Assembly (NCBI RefSeq): GCF_032191835.1
Contig: NC_083228.1
Coordinates: forward strand, 33,976,001 to 34,040,000
DNA from: Heteronotia binoei
Taxonomy: Eukaryota
Length of the DNA: 64,000 nucleotides
Direction of reading: 5' to 3'
Shown: positions 61,996 to 64,000 of the stretch, in pieces
Layout: every line of letters starts with the position of its first letter
How positions within the stretch are numbered: position 1 is the stretch's first letter
Notes under the pieces: generated by a model
Told to the model about the DNA's origin: nothing
Database searches by the model: none
What the model saw: only the letters and a program-made list of their open reading frames with translations
Translations under genes and position numbers: made by a program

Positions 61996-63339
61996 GCTTT
62001 ACCTGTGCAACAACAATGTACAATGTAATTGTGTAAGTCACACAACAGAAGAGGAAAGGAAGCTCATAAATATCATACATTCCCAACAGGTGGCCAGTAT
62101 TCTCAACTTGATTATTCTATCTAGGAATTCAAGGATAGGTTCACTATAAGGACAGGTTCACTATTTTGGCAACTTGGGTTGGGGTTTCCCAGACTCTAAC
62201 TTGCTTTCCTTGCAGTCACATAGCACCTGTGGGGAAAAGACATTTAAAAAAAAAAAAAAAGTGCCCTGTGGAGTGAGAGGAAAGGCATTTCTCTCTTCAA
62301 ATCACTTTGCTAAGCCAAGCCAGCCAGCAGTTTGGAGAATGCATTTAAAGTTGTCTTCTTTACAACTCTCCTTCTTGCCTCTCTCCCCCATCTACTTGCC
62401 TGCCTGCTTTCCTTCCTTCTCTCAAACATCTGACATTTATTCTATGTTGCTCTTAAGTTAAGCAGGTTTGGCCACCCCTGATCTATAAGATGATCTACAA
62501 TAAAAGACATCACTTTAAAAATAATGGTTAGCCATCCTATTTAGGATAGTTTTGTCAATCTCTATAATTTCTCAGAATAGTGGTGGTGTTGAGTAGAAGT
62601 AATTTAAACCAGTGTTATTGGATTGCTATATTGTGACAGTTTTTGATGTCTGAGGATTGCTTGGAAAGGTTTAGAAACCAGCATGTTATATCAGTATGTA
62701 TGACACATTAGTGTGTGATGGCCTGCTTTCATAAAAGCTATAAAACTGTGTGTGAATGTGAGTACAAATGGTTTATCCAGCTCCTTCCCTCCGTGGCAAC
62801 ACCACTAGAGGGTGAAGGCAGTTTTGCCACCCTGGAAGAATGGCATGGCAACACCATCTTAAGTGACAAGATTTGCTGTGGCTGGCTAGGGGGTGGAGCC
62901 ATCAAGGCTCATGTCTATTTTCTGCCCTCCAACAGCTCAGTTGTCATTTGTACTCAGTCCACCCTCCCACCCTGTTTTCCAGTGTAGGCTGCGTCTGGTT
63001 GGCAGTTGAGGACCAAGTAGAAATTTTTCGCTTCCATTCTTGATTGGCAATTAGGATGGAGGTGTTTTTGCCTACCTTGCATTGAAACAGTGGATTTGGG
63101 GTAATTGGCTTGGGTGGTTGCTATTAAATAGGTTGGTCACTTGGCAGTGTAGGGCAGGTGTAAAATCGGAATCGGTGAGCATCTTTGGCATTGTAATTTT
63201 GATGTCAGGGGTTCATCATGAACAGCCTTCCAGTTTCCATGGCCCAGGGCTGGGATTGAGGACCATTGCTGGGAGGGAGCTGCTTGGTTAGTCTCATCTC
63301 TGCAAGTTATAAGGCTTTGGTGATGACTTTCCCTGGTGG

Positions 63340-63615
63340 TGTCAAGTTGGCTGATTCAATAACGAGGCCTTGTTGATACAAAGATTCTAGTTTATTGATA
63401 TCATTGTTCTCGACTACAAGGAGATTGAAAGACTGAGGATCATACAGTAAAGTGTAATCATATAAGGTATACTTCAAAGGGATTCTTTAGGGAGGGGGTA
63501 CTATGCAGGGCACATTCACACATTGATGTTACAAATTCGTTCTCAGGCCTGTTGTGGCCTTGGGCGTGTCCTCCCCCGGTGCCCAGCCTGAGAAGGCACT
63601 ATAATCTCTTTCACA
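63340..63615 (-). mobile_element. Possible solo LTR
   Basis: TG...CA termini with minus-strand TATA-like and AATAAA motifs in order; no TSD found. Confidence 0.35.
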
Positions 63616-64000
63616 TATTCCCATTTCAAAGCAAAGCTACATAACAAAGGAAGGGAGGGGGGAAAGGAGAGTTCGAGCTAGCAGCATTGGTATACAGTGT
63701 GGCTTTTACCCAGAATGCTCCCCCCTGAACCAAAGATGAAATACAGATTTGACCAGAGTTGAAGCAGACTTGACAGGTGGCAGCAAGTTGCCAGGCTGCT
63801 GGCCAGGAGCCAGAATTTGGCTTTGGGTCGGGGCTGAGTACTCGTCCAAGGTAGGCAAGGAGGTTGGTCAATAGGTGACACCTGTCTGGCCTTTGTTCCA
63901 CACCTGCAAATACTTCCCCTTTGCTGCTTAGTTATAAAGTTTAATAATGTGGCCCTTGTTTGATTCCAAGATGGTGGCTGTCTCATCATTTCAACTGCGG

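Noticed and set aside
23168-64000. Next constitutive PCDH15 exon (GTILVDNMLIKG...)
   Set aside because: Not found by eye or in the ORF track; probably downstream of the window, though the gaps cannot be excluded.

Overview
Squamate reptile genomic DNA (probably a gecko, inferred from the SINE/MITE repertoire), with three assembly gaps. The whole window appears to lie inside the PCDH15 (protocadherin-15) gene on the + strand. Only two coding exons are present: the 15-nt DWQYE micro-exon (21233-21247) and the 66-nt [23 protein letters not shown] exon (23102-23167). The rest is transposon-rich intron. It holds a young, 5'-truncated chromodomain Ty3/Gypsy element (36300-41123) with a PEG10-type GGGAAAC slippery site plus H-type pseudoknot, and an older degraded Gypsy. 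It also holds a solo LTR carrying an 83-codon Arg-rich ORF, a DIRS-like remnant, a Penelope inverted pLTR pair with hammerhead ribozyme cores, CR1/L2/RTE/R4/L1 fragments, Sauria, Squam3-like and 5S-derived SINEs, and many hAT MITEs with 8-bp TSDs. No prokaryotic features or CRISPR arrays. All homology calls come from motif recognition by eye, not from database searches.
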